Part shown: in pieces, positions 17,758 to 28,085 of the stretch | Layout: each line of letters starts with the position of its first letter | Numbering within the stretch: position 1 is the first letter of the stretch | Assembly (NCBI GenBank): GCA_030149115.1 | Contig: JASBSE010000140.1 | Location: forward strand, 1 to 49,086 | Direction of reading: 5' to 3' | From: Winogradskyella sp. | Lineage (GTDB): Bacteria > Bacteroidota > Bacteroidia > Flavobacteriales > Flavobacteriaceae | Length of the DNA: 49,086 nucleotides | The notes under the pieces: model-generated | Seen by the model: only the letters and a program-made list of their open reading frames with translations | Database searches by the model: none | Told to the model about the DNA's origin: nothing | Made by a program: the position numbers and the translations under genes

Positions 17758-18462
17758 TTAAGAATCTTCTTTAGTGTTTAATATTGGTGCATAGGAAAGC
17801 GAATCTTTAATAAAGTAAACACCAATAAACACAAGACCGATCCACTCAGCCATAAGTAATGTATAGGGATTATCTTCCTTTAATATATAACGTAATAGGT
17901 AGTGCAAAATTAGAGCTAAGGCGGTAAGTAAGCCCAGTACTTTACCTAAGCGTTTCAAATTTTGTCTTGCATCAAAAACCATAACTATGATACAACCAAC
18001 ATAAAAAATTAGAGCAGCTGTATAATGTGGTATCTCATAGGTTTTATATTCGAGGTAGATGACAAAAAACAGTGCGATACCAAAAATGATGTTATATCCT
18101 TTACCTAAACGATCTGGGTTATCAAAATCATTATGCATAGCACGCGCTTGCTGCTTCGTAAAATGCTGTTGTTTTTGCAATTTTGATTTAAACCGTTGGG
18201 ATTTAATATGCTGTGCACCGTTAAATATAAATAAGGAACCTGCAAGAGCAAGTAGACTCCCAAACCAATAGCTTTGAGACATATAAGCATAGTCGCTTAT
18301 ACTTGGTCTTAAATCCCATAACACACCATTATCTGCAACAGACAGCACTACTGGGATAAACATTAATACAATGGCCGTGATTCGCTCAGTCTCTGGTAGT
18401 TTGTTAACTATTTCATATGTTGCCTTTAACCGTTTATATGTTTTTGGACCTAGTAAACTCAT
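17758..18462 (-). CDS. Hypothetical multi-pass membrane protein
   Basis: 234 aa, about 6 hydrophobic segments; SISDYAY and HYTAALIF motifs. Confidence 0.8.
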   Translation of the reverse strand: MSLLGPKTYKRLKATYEIVNKLPETERITAIVLMFIPVVLSVADNGVLWDLRPSISDYAYMSQSYWFGSLLALAGSLFIFNGAQHIKSQRFKSKLQKQQHFTKQQARAMHNDFDNPDRLGKGYNIIFGIALFFVIYLEYKTYEIPHYTAALIFYVGCIIVMVFDARQNLKRLGKVLGLLTALALILHYLLRYILKEDNPYTLLMAEWIGLVFIGVYFIKDSLSYAPILNTKEDS

Positions 18463-18473
18463 TTTGTTTTATA

Positions 18474-19418
18474 TTATATACCAAGAGCTATGGAGAAATT
18501 ATTTTTTGTCCCAGCTATGGTTTCTTGAAAAAAATATTGATAGCCAATTTTTAAATTAAACTTACTATCCTCACTGACTTTAAAAACGAAATATGTTTGA
18601 AATGAAGTAACATAATCTTTTTCCGTATTAAATAACCTTTGAATAACCTCTTTTTCACCAATGGCTCCTTGTAGCATTGCTGAGACCAACCATTCTCCCT
18701 CTGCGTAATTACCTTCTTCATTGTAAAATCCAGCTTCACCATGACCTGTTAAAGTAAAGCCAAAACCACCAGAACCAACTACCTCTAAATCATAATCATT
18801 GGTATCAGTATTTTGAACATTAATACCTCTAGCATCTGCATAAAAACCAAGTAAAAATTGCTCTTTATATTTTTTATTGCCACTTAAATTCCAAGATGGC
18901 ATTATACGCAATGTTACAGGGGCTGCTTCATAATCTAAAACATCAAGTGCACTAGAACCACTAATTGAATCATAACTTGTAGAAAGTTTAGAAATGACCA
19001 TCATTGGAATTTGATAACTCCAATTTTTTGGTTGAGATTTCACAGGAGTCATAATACCAATATTATAAAATAATACCTGAGAACTAATGGATGCCCTATT
19101 GTCCGCTTTGTCTAATATTGTGAGTGCCAAGGAATTATTTTTAAAAAAACCGATTGAGTTTTTTGTTTCCTCTTTTTTATTTTCCTGCACTATGTTTTCA
19201 TAAGTTCTTTCGGTATTGAACGTATCGTCTTTATTCGAAACAGAAAAGTCTTGACGCTCCGCTTTTATTCTTTTTTCTATATCATACATAACATAGGTAT
19301 CACCTTTTTTTTCGACTAAAGATGGCCTTTTAACTAAAGTAGTAAAAGGTGCTTGTGCGATTAAATAACTTGTTGTTAGAAAACATAAAAAAGTAAATAC
19401 AAATAGTTTTGATTTCAT
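18474..19418 (-). CDS. Hypothetical secreted/outer-membrane protein
   Basis: Signal peptide MKSKLFVFTFLCFLTTSYLIA; beta-strand-like C-terminus; 11 nt from the next gene. Confidence 0.8.
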   Translation of the reverse strand: MKSKLFVFTFLCFLTTSYLIAQAPFTTLVKRPSLVEKKGDTYVMYDIEKRIKAERQDFSVSNKDDTFNTERTYENIVQENKKEETKNSIGFFKNNSLALTILDKADNRASISSQVLFYNIGIMTPVKSQPKNWSYQIPMMVISKLSTSYDSISGSSALDVLDYEAAPVTLRIMPSWNLSGNKKYKEQFLLGFYADARGINVQNTDTNDYDLEVVGSGGFGFTLTGHGEAGFYNEEGNYAEGEWLVSAMLQGAIGEKEVIQRLFNTEKDYVTSFQTYFVFKVSEDSKFNLKIGYQYFFQETIAGTKNNFSIALGI

Positions 19419-19476
19419 AATCCGTATAGTTTAGTTGGTTAATACTCAAATGTAAAAGCTTCCGCAATAGCACACC

Positions 19477-19496
19477 ATACCCAATAAAGGGTATAT
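19477..19496. promoter_or_regulatory. Palindromic candidate operator, copy 1
   Basis: ATACCC-AATAAA-GGGTAT(AT), 22 nt upstream of a minus-strand TACATTTG (-7) element at 19447-19454. Confidence 0.6.
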
Positions 19497-19662
19497 TACT
19501 ATCGATGCGGTCAACAACGAATTATGTAATTAGTTACCACTAAGGAAACGGTACTTAGGGAATTGACAATAAGTTAGTTATTATTATAAAGCACTGATTA
19601 CAAATTAGATAAACAGCTTAAAAACTCTATAAAATGTTAAAAAGATAGTTTAGCAAAATAGA

Positions 19663-19947
19663 TTACCGGTAACTCACACGCTTGCGAATACCACCACTGG
19701 CACGATGAATAATAACATCGGCATTATAGCGCTTGGCCAACGTTTTGGCTTTACGGATGGCGGTGCCTTGTTTACGATGCTTAGATGTCACACGCGCATT
19801 GCCTTCGCGACGTACAGCCCAGCCGTCTTCATAAGGCACTACATGTTGATGCCAGGTACGCTTGGGTGTGCTGTGATACCCTAAAGCTTTTAGAATAGCG
19901 TTTAATAATTGCTGAATAGCATCGGTTAGGGAATTTTGCTTAGACAT
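19663..19947 (-). CDS. DUF2188 domain-containing protein
   Basis: QHVVPYEDGWAVRREG...AIRKAK..A...VIIHR.GGIR pattern. Confidence 0.85.
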   Translation of the reverse strand: MSKQNSLTDAIQQLLNAILKALGYHSTPKRTWHQHVVPYEDGWAVRREGNARVTSKHRKQGTAIRKAKTLAKRYNADVIIHRASGGIRKRVSYR

Positions 19948-20001
19948 TGTGAGTATGAGCTATAAAAGTAAATATAGTAAATAAAACCATACAAAAAATA
20001 C

Positions 20002-20068
20002 CCTCATTGTGAGGCGTCATTGCGAGAGAGGAACGAACGACGCAATCTAAAAATCTAACAATCTAAAA
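20002..20068. repeat. REP-like GTCATTGCGAG element plus 8-nt repeats
   Basis: CCTCATTGTGAGG, CGTCATTGCGAGAGAGGAACGAACGACGCAATC, then AATCTAAA AATCTAAC AATCTAAA; 27/31 identical to 5061-5091. Confidence 0.7.
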
Positions 20069-20086
20069 ACCCACGCGTCCAGAACC

Positions 20087-21088
20087 CTACTTCTTACGAC
20101 TACGATCGGTATTACAACGTCTACAACGCGATAAATACGTCATAGACAACTCGTACACTCCATCGGTACGACCTATATTAGACGTATTCTTATCATACGA
20201 AAAGCCAAAACGGAACGTATCATACTCAAAACCTACAAACGCATTTACAGACGTTAACAGATGTGCATTGCCATCATTACGTGCGGGATTGGTTACTGCC
20301 GTAAGCCCTAACAAAATAGCATCGAGCTGAAAGATAGTACCGATATCCAAACGGTTATAAGGCCCTTGCACCATAAGATTCGTCGTCATCATAATGGTAT
20401 TTTCGTATAAGAACGGAAACCTAACATTACCATGAAACGAATAGAAAATATCTAACGGCAGTTTTTCTCCTTCAACAATAGAAATATTAGGACGGTTAAG
20501 GTGACGTACCGAACCACCTACCCAATAACTGATATCATTAAAGGTTTGCTTTTCTACCAAAAAGCCTGCATTAATGTCTAAAAAGTAAATAGTATTCAAT
20601 CGGCTCGCCAAAGGATCTACCGATACCGGATTAATAATTCCCGAACCGATATTAATCTGATCGGCTAACGTAAGGTTTCTAAAACGGTTGCTCTTGTTGC
20701 CTACCCCAACTTCTACCGCAGGTCTAAAGTACCAGCCATTATTGAGATTAATACGGTGGGCATAATTCAAGTTAACCTGTGCATAGTTGTAATTGTTAAA
20801 CGATTCATACTGCCAAACGGCATTGAGCCCAATACCAAAGCCCAGACTTGGACCATAATCATAAGACTTATTTACATAAGCATATTGGGTATGGATCTGC
20901 AAATCGAGATTAGGCCATTGCACACGACTTAGCAGACCGGCTGCAATACGCTCGTTGTCTTCAAAGCCTGAGAATGCAGGGTTTAAAGTTTCTTGTATGT
21001 AGTTGGATTGCGTAAATACCGGATCTTGTGCCTGAGCAATACAGCAACTTATAAATACAACTATGGTAAATATGGGTCTTAAGGTCAT
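20087..21088 (-). CDS. PorP/SprF-family T9SS outer-membrane protein
   Basis: AQDPVFTQ...LNPAFSG...RVQW at the N-terminus, FGFSYD...GVYELS at the C-terminus; directly downstream of a type-B CTD gene. Confidence 0.92.
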   Translation of the reverse strand: MTLRPIFTIVVFISCCIAQAQDPVFTQSNYIQETLNPAFSGFEDNERIAAGLLSRVQWPNLDLQIHTQYAYVNKSYDYGPSLGFGIGLNAVWQYESFNNYNYAQVNLNYAHRINLNNGWYFRPAVEVGVGNKSNRFRNLTLADQINIGSGIINPVSVDPLASRLNTIYFLDINAGFLVEKQTFNDISYWVGGSVRHLNRPNISIVEGEKLPLDIFYSFHGNVRFPFLYENTIMMTTNLMVQGPYNRLDIGTIFQLDAILLGLTAVTNPARNDGNAHLLTSVNAFVGFEYDTFRFGFSYDKNTSNIGRTDGVYELSMTYLSRCRRCNTDRSRKK

Positions 21089-21093
21089 AAGGT

Positions 21094-24000
21094 TTATTTT
21101 ATAAATACAAATGCGCCTTGGGCGGTGATCGTTTTTCCGTAAAATGTCTTGGCGCTAAAGGTGTAATAGTAATTACCGTTCTCGGCAAGTTCGTCGTTGA
21201 TCTTTCCGTTCCAACCTGTAAAATTTTCATCGTCTTCGGTATAGATAAGACTACCCCAAGTATCATAGATATTTAGTTCTAAGCTGTTGAGGCCTTCGTA
21301 TACAGGACCAAAGAAATCGTTAATACCGTCTTCATTTGGCGTAAAGGCATCTGGCATGATTAACTTATAACCTTCTTCAACATACAAGGTAATGACATTC
21401 TCATACACACAACCAAACGGATAAGTTACCGTTTGCGTCACCACATAAGAACCAACAGCACTGTAAGTATGGGTCGGACTCTCTTCACCCGAGAAATTAC
21501 CATCACCAAAATCCCATAAAACACTAAGGTAATCTCCTGTAGCTAGGTTGGTAAACGTTATAGGGTCTTCAATAGAATACACTCCAAAATTGCTAAACCC
21601 AAAGGAAGAGACATCAAAATCAGGATCACCCAACACTGGGATATCCACGTTGAGACTATAGTTGGTCGTACAGCCTTGGGCATCGGTAACTTCAAGCAGT
21701 ACCAAACCATCTTCATCGGTAGTCATTAATTCGTTATTAGTACCACTTACGGTACCGCTAGACCAGTTATACGTAAATGGTGGCACTCCTCCACTGGCCA
21801 TAGCCACAAAGGTCTGGTTTACAGTTTTGGTATCACAATCCACTTCAGATTGGGTATCCACATCTAAAGTCAAGGGTTCAAAACGGTTAACATCCCAACT
21901 GCCTTCAATACTACAGCCGTTGGCATCAGTAACGGTCACAACATAGGTATTAGGTGGAATGGCTGTTAAATCTTCGGTAGTCGCTCCATTAGACCAGGAC
22001 ACCGAGAACGGAGGTGTTCCTCCTTGAATTAATAAGTTAATAGCACCACTATTGGTATCATCACAATCTAAAGCATCTGTAACGTTAGCCGACAATTGTA
22101 ATGGTAAAATATTAAATATGGTAAAACTCTCTTGAATCACACAAGGTGTGCCATCGGTAATAGTTACACTATACGTACCAGGTGCTAAGTTATTACGCTC
22201 TACTCCTGCCGAAGCATCATCATCCCAAACGACAGTTATTGGGTCTAGTCCACCTTGAAAATTAAGGACGATACTGGCATCATCCTCACCTGCACAGGAT
22301 AGCTGCGTCACTACAGGATCAATAAGGAATATAGGCGCTTCATCAATGACAATTGGAAACGCACGCACGCAATTTTCAGCATCGGTAATGGTTATGGTGT
22401 ACGTTCCAGCTGAAAGGTTAAACTGGCTCATCCCGGATCCAAAGTTACTCCAAGCCACAATATAAGGTGCAACACCTCCCGATATGTTATTAATGGTTAT
22501 AGAGGCATCATTATCCCCATAACATTCTATTTCAGTAGTCGTCACATCAATAGTGATTTGATCATTCTGAAGGATATCGACACTCAAAGTATCCGTACAC
22601 CCTGAAGTATCCGTTACGGTCAACACATAAGCTCCAGCAAATAAGTTGGTGATATCTGCGGTAGCACTTGTAAAACCATTAGGACCCGTCCAGCTATAGG
22701 TATAACCAGGTCGACCACCAACGGTGGAAACCGTAAAAGCTCCTGTGGCATCACCAAAACAAATAACATCGGTCTGACTTTGTAAATTGACCTCTAACAA
22801 TGGTGGCTCTATAATTACGAAAGTGGAACTAATAGGCCCACAATTATTTGCGTCGGTTACGGTGATTTCGTACGTACCTGGTTCTAAATTATCAAGGTCT
22901 TCATCATTTGAAAACGGATTCCCATTGCGCGTCCAGCTATAGGCATAAGGTTCAGTACCTCCGCTTATATCTATAGAAATTTCCCCATCATTGGCACCGA
23001 AACATGAAATGGTATCTGGGTCGAAATTAACAGCACTAAATACAAGTTCGTCAGGTTCGGTTATGGTAAAGGTGTCGTTATACGGACAACCTCCATCATC
23101 CAGTATATCTAACGTATACGTACCGGCTTCTAAATTTGAAATCGTGGTCGCACTACTCACAAAACCATTAGGTCCTGCCCAGCTCACTTGATACGCATCT
23201 CCTGTTGTAAAAGGAATACCTCCTGTTATCGTAATAGCAATAGAGGCATCATCAGAATTAAAACAACTGTTATTATCTACAGTAGAAGCAACACTAATAG
23301 ACGGATTAACCGTAACGACAACTTCAAAATCAGCTCCAACACAGCCATTAGTATCTGGCGTCACAGTATAAGTCACCGTTGCTGGGTTAATGGTTGTATT
23401 TTCTAAAAACTGAGAGATCGTAGCACTTGGTGTCGCTTGCGCGGCTGCTCCTGTAATACTACCTGCTGGATTCACTACCGGATTAGACCAGGTATATGTT
23501 GTCCCTACAGGAACCACATTACCCGCAATGCTTTCTGGTAAAAATTCAAACGTATTGCCACTACAAATCAATACAGTACCATCTGTAATGCTTGGAGTAG
23601 TATTCACAATGATCTCGGCTGCATTTGAAATTATCTCAGAACAACCTCCGGTATTAAATGTAATGACGACATAGTAATAGGTTGTGCCTACAGTATCCAC
23701 TAAAGGCTGGTAAGTATCTGTAGTAGCACCAGCAATTGGTGTGCCTGTAGTTGTATCATTTACTGTATTTTGGTACCACTGGTAGCTTGGTGTTCCTGTG
23801 CCATTAGTATAAGACACACTTAATGCCGCTGTGGTTTCACCCAAACACAACTCATCCGAAAGTGGCTGGGTATTAAATTGAGCGGCTGCGGTGACCTCAA
23901 CTGTAGCAACAGAACTCGTAACTTCACAACCTGATACATCTTGCGTTACAATGCAGTAATAATAAAACGTACCCACCACATCCGAAGGTGGTGTATAGGT

Positions 24001-27000
24001 TGCTGTTGTAGCACCTGCTATTGGTGTTCCTGATGTGGTATCATTTATAGTGTTCACATACCATTGGTAAGTTATGTTTCCTAATCCACCAGAAACTGTA
24101 ACATCTAAAGCATTTACCGCACTATTCTGACACACACTTTGCATTCCAAAATCAGGACTCGTAATCTCGGGATCATCAACAACAATAACCTCAGCAACTG
24201 CACTTACCAATCCTGAACAGCCACTGCCTGTAAAACTGATGTCCACATAATAATAAAACGTACCAGAAGTCGTAAAAACAGCTGGAGTATAACTGGCAGA
24301 TGTAGCACCTGCTATAGCCGTACCTCCTGTGTTGGTATTAGTGGTATTGCTATACCATTGGTAACTCACAGTACCTGCACCGCCTGTAATGTTTACAAAA
24401 AGTGCTTCTGACGTTCCGCCAGTACAAATAGATTGTGTAGGTATGGGCTCAATATCAATTTGTGCCACGTCCTCCACAGTAATTTCAGCAGTATCAGATA
24501 TAATCTCATTACAATCTCCCGTTGTAAAAGTGATAACCACATAATAGTATAAAGTACCTAAACTATCTGTTGGTGGTGTGTAGGTTGCTCCTGTTGCACT
24601 AGCAATGGCAGTACCTGTTGTGGTATCATCAACGGTATTTACATACCATTGGTAACTTGGTGTACCTGTACCTTGGTAACTTACCATTAAATCATTTGGA
24701 GTACCATTAAGACAGATGTCTTCGGGTAGCGGTTGTACATCTATAAAAGGTGCAGGCTCTACGGTTATGGTAAACGTTTCTGATGGCCCAACACAACCAT
24801 TAATATCTGGTGTTACGGTATACACAAGGTCAATCGGTGTTCCCAAAGTATTGATGAGCGTTTGTACAGGAATTGTATCTCCAGTTCCATTAGGAACATA
24901 ACCTGTAAGACCTGCAGGATTATTAGACGTCCATGTGTAAGTGGTAGTCGCATTATCAGACGTAAGTACTATGGCAGTACTGTCGTTACCAGAACATAAG
25001 ATTTGATCAAAGTCGGTATTGGTAATCGTTGGGCTTTCATTCACTGAAAAATCTTCAGTTACCGTAGCCGTTCCACAAGCATTAGTTACACTAAACGTCA
25101 CGGTATAATCTCCTGGAGTAGTATAGCTAATAGCTCCTGGATCTAATTGATTGGATGTTGCTGGTGTTCCACCCGGAAACGACCAACTATAGGTTATAGT
25201 ATCTGTAGCAGGTGCACACGTAGTAACCGTAGCCGTAGGATTAAAACTGGCTGTACCACAGGAATCGGCTATAGGATTAATACTTGCCGCTGGTGGGCGC
25301 TTTACATTTAGTTGTTGGGTTGTTGTAAAATCACCACAAGAATTGGTAATCGTCATACTTATGATATAAACTCCCGCATTTAAAAACTGAAATGAAGGGT
25401 TTTCTGAAGTCTCATCTGTATTATTGGTAAAGCCCCAAGATGCTGATGTACCGCAATAATCCGCCGCATAAGTGACGTCCCAAAAGTAGGTTTCCCCACC
25501 ACAAGATTGTGATAAATCGGTTGTATTAGTAGCGGCAACATCAAAAGGAATACAACCATCGTTACTATCTAAAGAAAAGTCAGCAACCAAATCGGGTTCT
25601 ATACAAATGGTCTTAACCACAGGCTCTGCTAAACCACAAAAATTTTCCTCGGTTAAAGTCACAGTGTAAGTTCCTGGTGACGTATACGTATGTGTTGGGT
25701 TTTCTAAATTAGATGTGGTACCATCACCAAAATCCCAGTTATGCAATGCTTGTGTAACACAATTAGGGCCAAAACCTCCTTCTGTAAGATTGGTAAATTG
25801 TACGGCTGTATTAACACAACTCGGGCTTTCAAACTCAAAATCCACTTCAGGCTGTGCCAAAATTATAATGGGTCCGGCTGTCAGTACAGTTTGTCCACAT
25901 GAGGTAGCAATTATTAAAGTAATTGTGTAATTAGGGTCTGGACAATTTGATTCGGTATATTCATGTGGAATTGGAAATGGATCTGCCAATTCAGGATTAT
26001 TAGGATCATAATTGGCTACTGCGGCAATTAAATCATCTTGGGTATATGTCGCTTGTGTGCCATCACCATAGTCCACAAAATACGTTGTATCTGGTGGATT
26101 AGGGCCCCAAGACCCAATAGCAAACGCAAGTTCATTAGCTGGTAAACATAAATTTACAGTGTTACCTGGGCTTATAATAGCTCCAATAGGATTACTTGAG
26201 TTTTTTACTAAAATGGTTTCTGTAGCATTACATCCACTATCTCCATACCCTGTAATCACCATGTTGAAGGATCCTAAGTTTGCATAGGTATGTGTTAATG
26301 GAAATGTAACGTTAGTTTCCGATGTACCATCACCCCAATCTATATCATAAGATGTTATACAGGCAGTAGATGTGGAAGTATTACCAACATTAATAGTATA
26401 GGCAGGGTCTACAGTATTATTACCACAATTATCAAAAGGCGGTGTAAACTGAGCATCTAAATCTTCAAAACTCAAATCCGGACGCTGTTCTACATTTACC
26501 GCTTGTGAAACAGTCGCTGTACAGCCATTAACATCTGTTACTTCTAATGTTGCCGTATAGTTAGAAAACCCACAACCAAACGCATCGTAGATATGTAAAG
26601 GGTCTTCATCAGTTGAACTATTACCATCTCCAAAGGCCCAGTTATAAGTAAAAGGCCCATTACCAGAGGCTGTAGCATTAAAATTAACACCATCGGCAGA
26701 GCAATCTCCGTTATTAAAAGTAAAACTTACCGTTGGCGGGTTGGCTACGGTAACAGTAGCCGTACCACTTACGGTTTCAGTAGCGTTGTTATCATCTGTA
26801 ACAGAAACTAATGCATAAATGTAAGTACCTGCTGTACCTGTATTAACTGGAAGAGTCGCAGAATCATTTGTACCCGTACTCGATATCGTCTGATTGGCAC
26901 CTCCATTTAAAGTGTAAGTAAATGTATAGGGCGCATCACCACCAGAACCTGTAAATGTTATGACAGGTTGAGGTGTCTCGTTAAGACATACGGTGGTCGT

Positions 27001-27141
27001 ACCAGAAATACTTGCCGTAGGTGGCAATACGACTTCAGATTTGGGCTGATCCGTTATAAATGTAGATATATTATAAGCGGCAGCTATACCTATACATAAA
27101 TAAAAAAACAATGCAAAGGCATGACGTTTATGATACTTCAT
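21094..27141 (-). CDS. Large T9SS type-B substrate: PKD, Ig-like and SprB repeats, gliding-motility-associated CTD
   Basis: WDFGDG PKD motifs; four YQWY.NT...GT.IA.AT repeats; C.G..D..I...GG..PY...W SprB repeats; C-terminal PDAFTPNEDGINDFF...IYDTWG...WNG...GNYYY. Confidence 0.92.
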   Translation of the reverse strand: MKYHKRHAFALFFYLCIGIAAAYNISTFITDQPKSEVVLPPTASISGTTTVCLNETPQPVITFTGSGGDAPYTFTYTLNGGANQTISSTGTNDSATLPVNTGTAGTYIYALVSVTDDNNATETVSGTATVTVANPPTVSFTFNNGDCSADGVNFNATASGNGPFTYNWAFGDGNSSTDEDPLHIYDAFGCGFSNYTATLEVTDVNGCTATVSQAVNVEQRPDLSFEDLDAQFTPPFDNCGNNTVDPAYTINVGNTSTSTACITSYDIDWGDGTSETNVTFPLTHTYANLGSFNMVITGYGDSGCNATETILVKNSSNPIGAIISPGNTVNLCLPANELAFAIGSWGPNPPDTTYFVDYGDGTQATYTQDDLIAAVANYDPNNPELADPFPIPHEYTESNCPDPNYTITLIIATSCGQTVLTAGPIIILAQPEVDFEFESPSCVNTAVQFTNLTEGGFGPNCVTQALHNWDFGDGTTSNLENPTHTYTSPGTYTVTLTEENFCGLAEPVVKTICIEPDLVADFSLDSNDGCIPFDVAATNTTDLSQSCGGETYFWDVTYAADYCGTSASWGFTNNTDETSENPSFQFLNAGVYIISMTITNSCGDFTTTQQLNVKRPPAASINPIADSCGTASFNPTATVTTCAPATDTITYSWSFPGGTPATSNQLDPGAISYTTPGDYTVTFSVTNACGTATVTEDFSVNESPTITNTDFDQILCSGNDSTAIVLTSDNATTTYTWTSNNPAGLTGYVPNGTGDTIPVQTLINTLGTPIDLVYTVTPDINGCVGPSETFTITVEPAPFIDVQPLPEDICLNGTPNDLMVSYQGTGTPSYQWYVNTVDDTTTGTAIASATGATYTPPTDSLGTLYYYVVITFTTGDCNEIISDTAEITVEDVAQIDIEPIPTQSICTGGTSEALFVNITGGAGTVSYQWYSNTTNTNTGGTAIAGATSASYTPAVFTTSGTFYYYVDISFTGSGCSGLVSAVAEVIVVDDPEITSPDFGMQSVCQNSAVNALDVTVSGGLGNITYQWYVNTINDTTSGTPIAGATTATYTPPSDVVGTFYYYCIVTQDVSGCEVTSSVATVEVTAAAQFNTQPLSDELCLGETTAALSVSYTNGTGTPSYQWYQNTVNDTTTGTPIAGATTDTYQPLVDTVGTTYYYVVITFNTGGCSEIISNAAEIIVNTTPSITDGTVLICSGNTFEFLPESIAGNVVPVGTTYTWSNPVVNPAGSITGAAAQATPSATISQFLENTTINPATVTYTVTPDTNGCVGADFEVVVTVNPSISVASTVDNNSCFNSDDASIAITITGGIPFTTGDAYQVSWAGPNGFVSSATTISNLEAGTYTLDILDDGGCPYNDTFTITEPDELVFSAVNFDPDTISCFGANDGEISIDISGGTEPYAYSWTRNGNPFSNDEDLDNLEPGTYEITVTDANNCGPISSTFVIIEPPLLEVNLQSQTDVICFGDATGAFTVSTVGGRPGYTYSWTGPNGFTSATADITNLFAGAYVLTVTDTSGCTDTLSVDILQNDQITIDVTTTEIECYGDNDASITINNISGGVAPYIVAWSNFGSGMSQFNLSAGTYTITITDAENCVRAFPIVIDEAPIFLIDPVVTQLSCAGEDDASIVLNFQGGLDPITVVWDDDASAGVERNNLAPGTYSVTITDGTPCVIQESFTIFNILPLQLSANVTDALDCDDTNSGAINLLIQGGTPPFSVSWSNGATTEDLTAIPPNTYVVTVTDANGCSIEGSWDVNRFEPLTLDVDTQSEVDCDTKTVNQTFVAMASGGVPPFTYNWSSGTVSGTNNELMTTDEDGLVLLEVTDAQGCTTNYSLNVDIPVLGDPDFDVSSFGFSNFGVYSIEDPITFTNLATGDYLSVLWDFGDGNFSGEESPTHTYSAVGSYVVTQTVTYPFGCVYENVITLYVEEGYKLIMPDAFTPNEDGINDFFGPVYEGLNSLELNIYDTWGSLIYTEDDENFTGWNGKINDELAENGNYYYTFSAKTFYGKTITAQGAFVFIK

Positions 27142-27290
27142 AATTGATTAATAGCTAATTAACAAAGGTTAAAGTAGAAAAAATTCTAAAAGAAAATGTA
27201 TCTGTAAGGTTATTTTTCGTTTAGATCGCTATAATTTCTATAAACAGTAACCCTTTAAAGCTAAATTAGTTATGAAATCACAAGGAAACT

Positions 27291-27310
27291 ATACCCAATA
27301 AAGGGTATAT
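27291..27310. promoter_or_regulatory. Palindromic candidate operator, copy 2
   Basis: Identical 20-mer ATACCCAATAAAGGGTATAT upstream of the 2015-aa gene. Confidence 0.6.
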
Positions 27311-27350
27311 ATAAAAAAACCCTTTGATTGCATATGATATTTAGAAAAGG

Positions 27351-28085
27351 CTATATATCTAGCCGGTCATAAACCAAGGATTTGTAGCTTTCACCTATAG
27401 GAATACGCTCTCCATCAATTATAATTCGGTTTTTTTGTATGGAATTGATTTTGTTGATATTAACCACAAAAGAACGGTGCACTCTAATAAAGGAAGTCTC
27501 TGGTAGTTTGGCCTGTATATCTTTAAAATTCATTAAGGTGAGTACTGACTTGTTAGTGCCATTATGAATTTTTAAATAATCCTTAAGCCCTTGAATATAA
27601 GTGATATCCTTTATTTCCAACTTGATGTTTTCATACTCAGACTTTACAAAAATAAAATCATCTTTTGTATTAGACTCAAGACCCATACTACCTGCTGAAG
27701 AAACATTGAAAGATGTTTGCATATCATTAAGCTTTATCATCTCCTTCACCCGATTTACTGCTTTTATAAAACGAGGGAAAGGAATAGGTTTTACCAAATA
27801 ATCCACGGCATTGAGATCAAACCCTTCTAAAGCATATTGCGGATATGCAGTGGTAAAAATGAAGTATGGTACTTTTCCTTCCAAGGATTTTACCAAATCA
27901 ATACCATTGATGTTTGGCATTTCAATATCAGAAAACACCAAGTGTATACGTTGACTATTAATAAACTCTAGGGCCTCAATAGCATTTGTAAAAGTTTTAA
28001 TAACATCTACACCGCCTAATGCTTTACAATAAGATTCTATAACGTCTATTGCTAAAGGTTCATCATCAATTATTATACATTTCAT
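27351..28085 (-). CDS. LytTR-family response regulator
   Basis: CIIIDDE, SDIEMP, FTTAY, DYLVKP receiver motifs; FIRVHRSFVVN LytTR motif. Confidence 0.95.
   Translation of the reverse strand: MKCIIIDDEPLAIDVIESYCKALGGVDVIKTFTNAIEALEFINSQRIHLVFSDIEMPNINGIDLVKSLEGKVPYFIFTTAYPQYALEGFDLNAVDYLVKPIPFPRFIKAVNRVKEMIKLNDMQTSFNVSSAGSMGLESNTKDDFIFVKSEYENIKLEIKDITYIQGLKDYLKIHNGTNKSVLTLMNFKDIQAKLPETSFIRVHRSFVVNINKINSIQKNRIIIDGERIPIGESYKSLVYDRLDI

Noticed and set aside
21662-25930. Short + strand ORFs within the 2015-aa gene, and similar shadow ORFs in hsdR, hsdM, uvrA and E1
   Set aside because: Antisense or alternate-frame shadows of long genes with no recognisable motifs.
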